Below the pieces are notes generated by a model that saw nothing but the letters and a program-made list of their open reading frames with translations, did not search any database and was not told where the DNA came from. Shown piece by piece: positions 63,453 through 64,000 of a stretch of DNA of 64,000 nt; position 1 is the first letter of the stretch, and each line of letters opens with the position of its first letter. A program made the translations under genes and the position numbers. Source of the stretch: Calditrichia bacterium (GTDB lineage Bacteria; Calditrichota; Calditrichia; JAJRVZ01); the NCBI GenBank assembly GCA_963777955.1, contig CAVZSQ010000013.1:448001-512000 (forward strand), written 5' to 3'.

Positions 63453-64000
63453 TTACACCTGTTTTAATACATCATCCTTGATAACAGGTTTAAACTTTTT
63501 CTCCAGATTTTGTTCCCACTGTACACGGTTTGCTTTAATCCTGTCAGTACGCATTATACTGCGGGCTTGATTTTCAACTTCCTTGAAAGGCCGTAACATT
63601 TTTTCGTTTTTCTTTCCTGTTTTAAAGATTGTCCAGCCAGATTGGGTTTTTACCGGACCACCGATTTTATTTGGTCCCAGTTTGAAGGCTTCCTGACCGA
63701 CGGCTCCTAACGCGCTCGCTGAACGAAATCCAACATATCCGCCTTTGCCAGATGAAGAACGTTCTTGCGAATACTTCTTGGCCAGAGCGCCGAAATCGCT
63801 TCCTGCGCGGACCTTGGCCGCAATTGTCCTGGCCAGTTTATCGTCTTTAACATAAATCTGCCAGATTTCCATTTCTTCATTTTTCGTGAACCTGTTGGGA
63901 TTGTTCTCGTAGTATTTAAGCACTTCGTCATCCGTTACGGTGACATTTTCATCAACTTCTTTTTTCTCGATAAGTTGAATTAAACGGTCTTCTAAAAACG
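63453..64000 (-). CDS. Parvulin-type peptidylprolyl isomerase, 5' truncated by window edge
   Basis: DFGALAKKYS, GGYVGF, GPVKTQSGWTIFK; frame runs to the window end. Confidence 0.8.
   Translation of the reverse strand, partial: FLEDRLIQLIEKKEVDENVTVTDDEVLKYYENNPNRFTKNEEMEIWQIYVKDDKLARTIAAKVRAGSDFGALAKKYSQERSSSGKGGYVGFRSASALGAVGQEAFKLGPNKIGGPVKTQSGWTIFKTGKKNEKMLRPFKEVENQARSIMRTDRIKANRVQWEQNLEKKFKPVIKDDVLKQV

Noticed and set aside
61274..64000. Three tandem PPIases as a dedicated folding module for the giant adhesin
   Set aside because: Tandem SurA/parvulin clusters are a common housekeeping arrangement in FCB genomes, and a ~300-bp intergenic region separates them from the cyclase gene

Overview
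Bacterial chromosomal window. The gene content (murC-ftsQ-ftsA-ftsZ order, PorV-like barrel, FlgD/T9SS-like C-terminal domain, DUF4159/DUF4175 pair, tandem SurA-type PPIases) suggests an FCB-group organism, possibly Calditrichota/KSB1-like (inference). 1-7 kb is the end of the dcw cluster (ftsW, murG, murC, ftsQ, ftsA, ftsZ). 7-29.8 kb is mostly minus-strand housekeeping: recJ, UvrD with an inserted DEDDh exonuclease, holC, lon, a hybrid kinase, a U32 protein, PIN-PhoH, patatin-Omp85, DUF4175/DUF4159 and a DoxX fusion. 29.8-33.1 kb is an AT-rich defence-like islet (AbiE-like pair, type ISP R-M remnant, NucS-like/DUF5655). 33.2-61 kb is the most interesting locus: GAF-GGDEF cyclase, TPR protein, small secreted protein, a ~17.5 kb (~5,800 aa) Ig-repeat surface protein with 612-bp tandem repeats, a PorV-TPR fusion, a membrane-bound RsbW-kinase/SpoIIE-phosphatase fusion and its STAS partner. 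Both partner-switch proteins carry a homologous IS481-transposase-like HTH module, and sigma28-like promoter motifs precede the cyclase and adhesin units. Many genes are broken by single-base insertions, most likely long-read consensus errors, so such genes are reported as reconstructed units. All family calls come from motif recognition by eye, not database searches.
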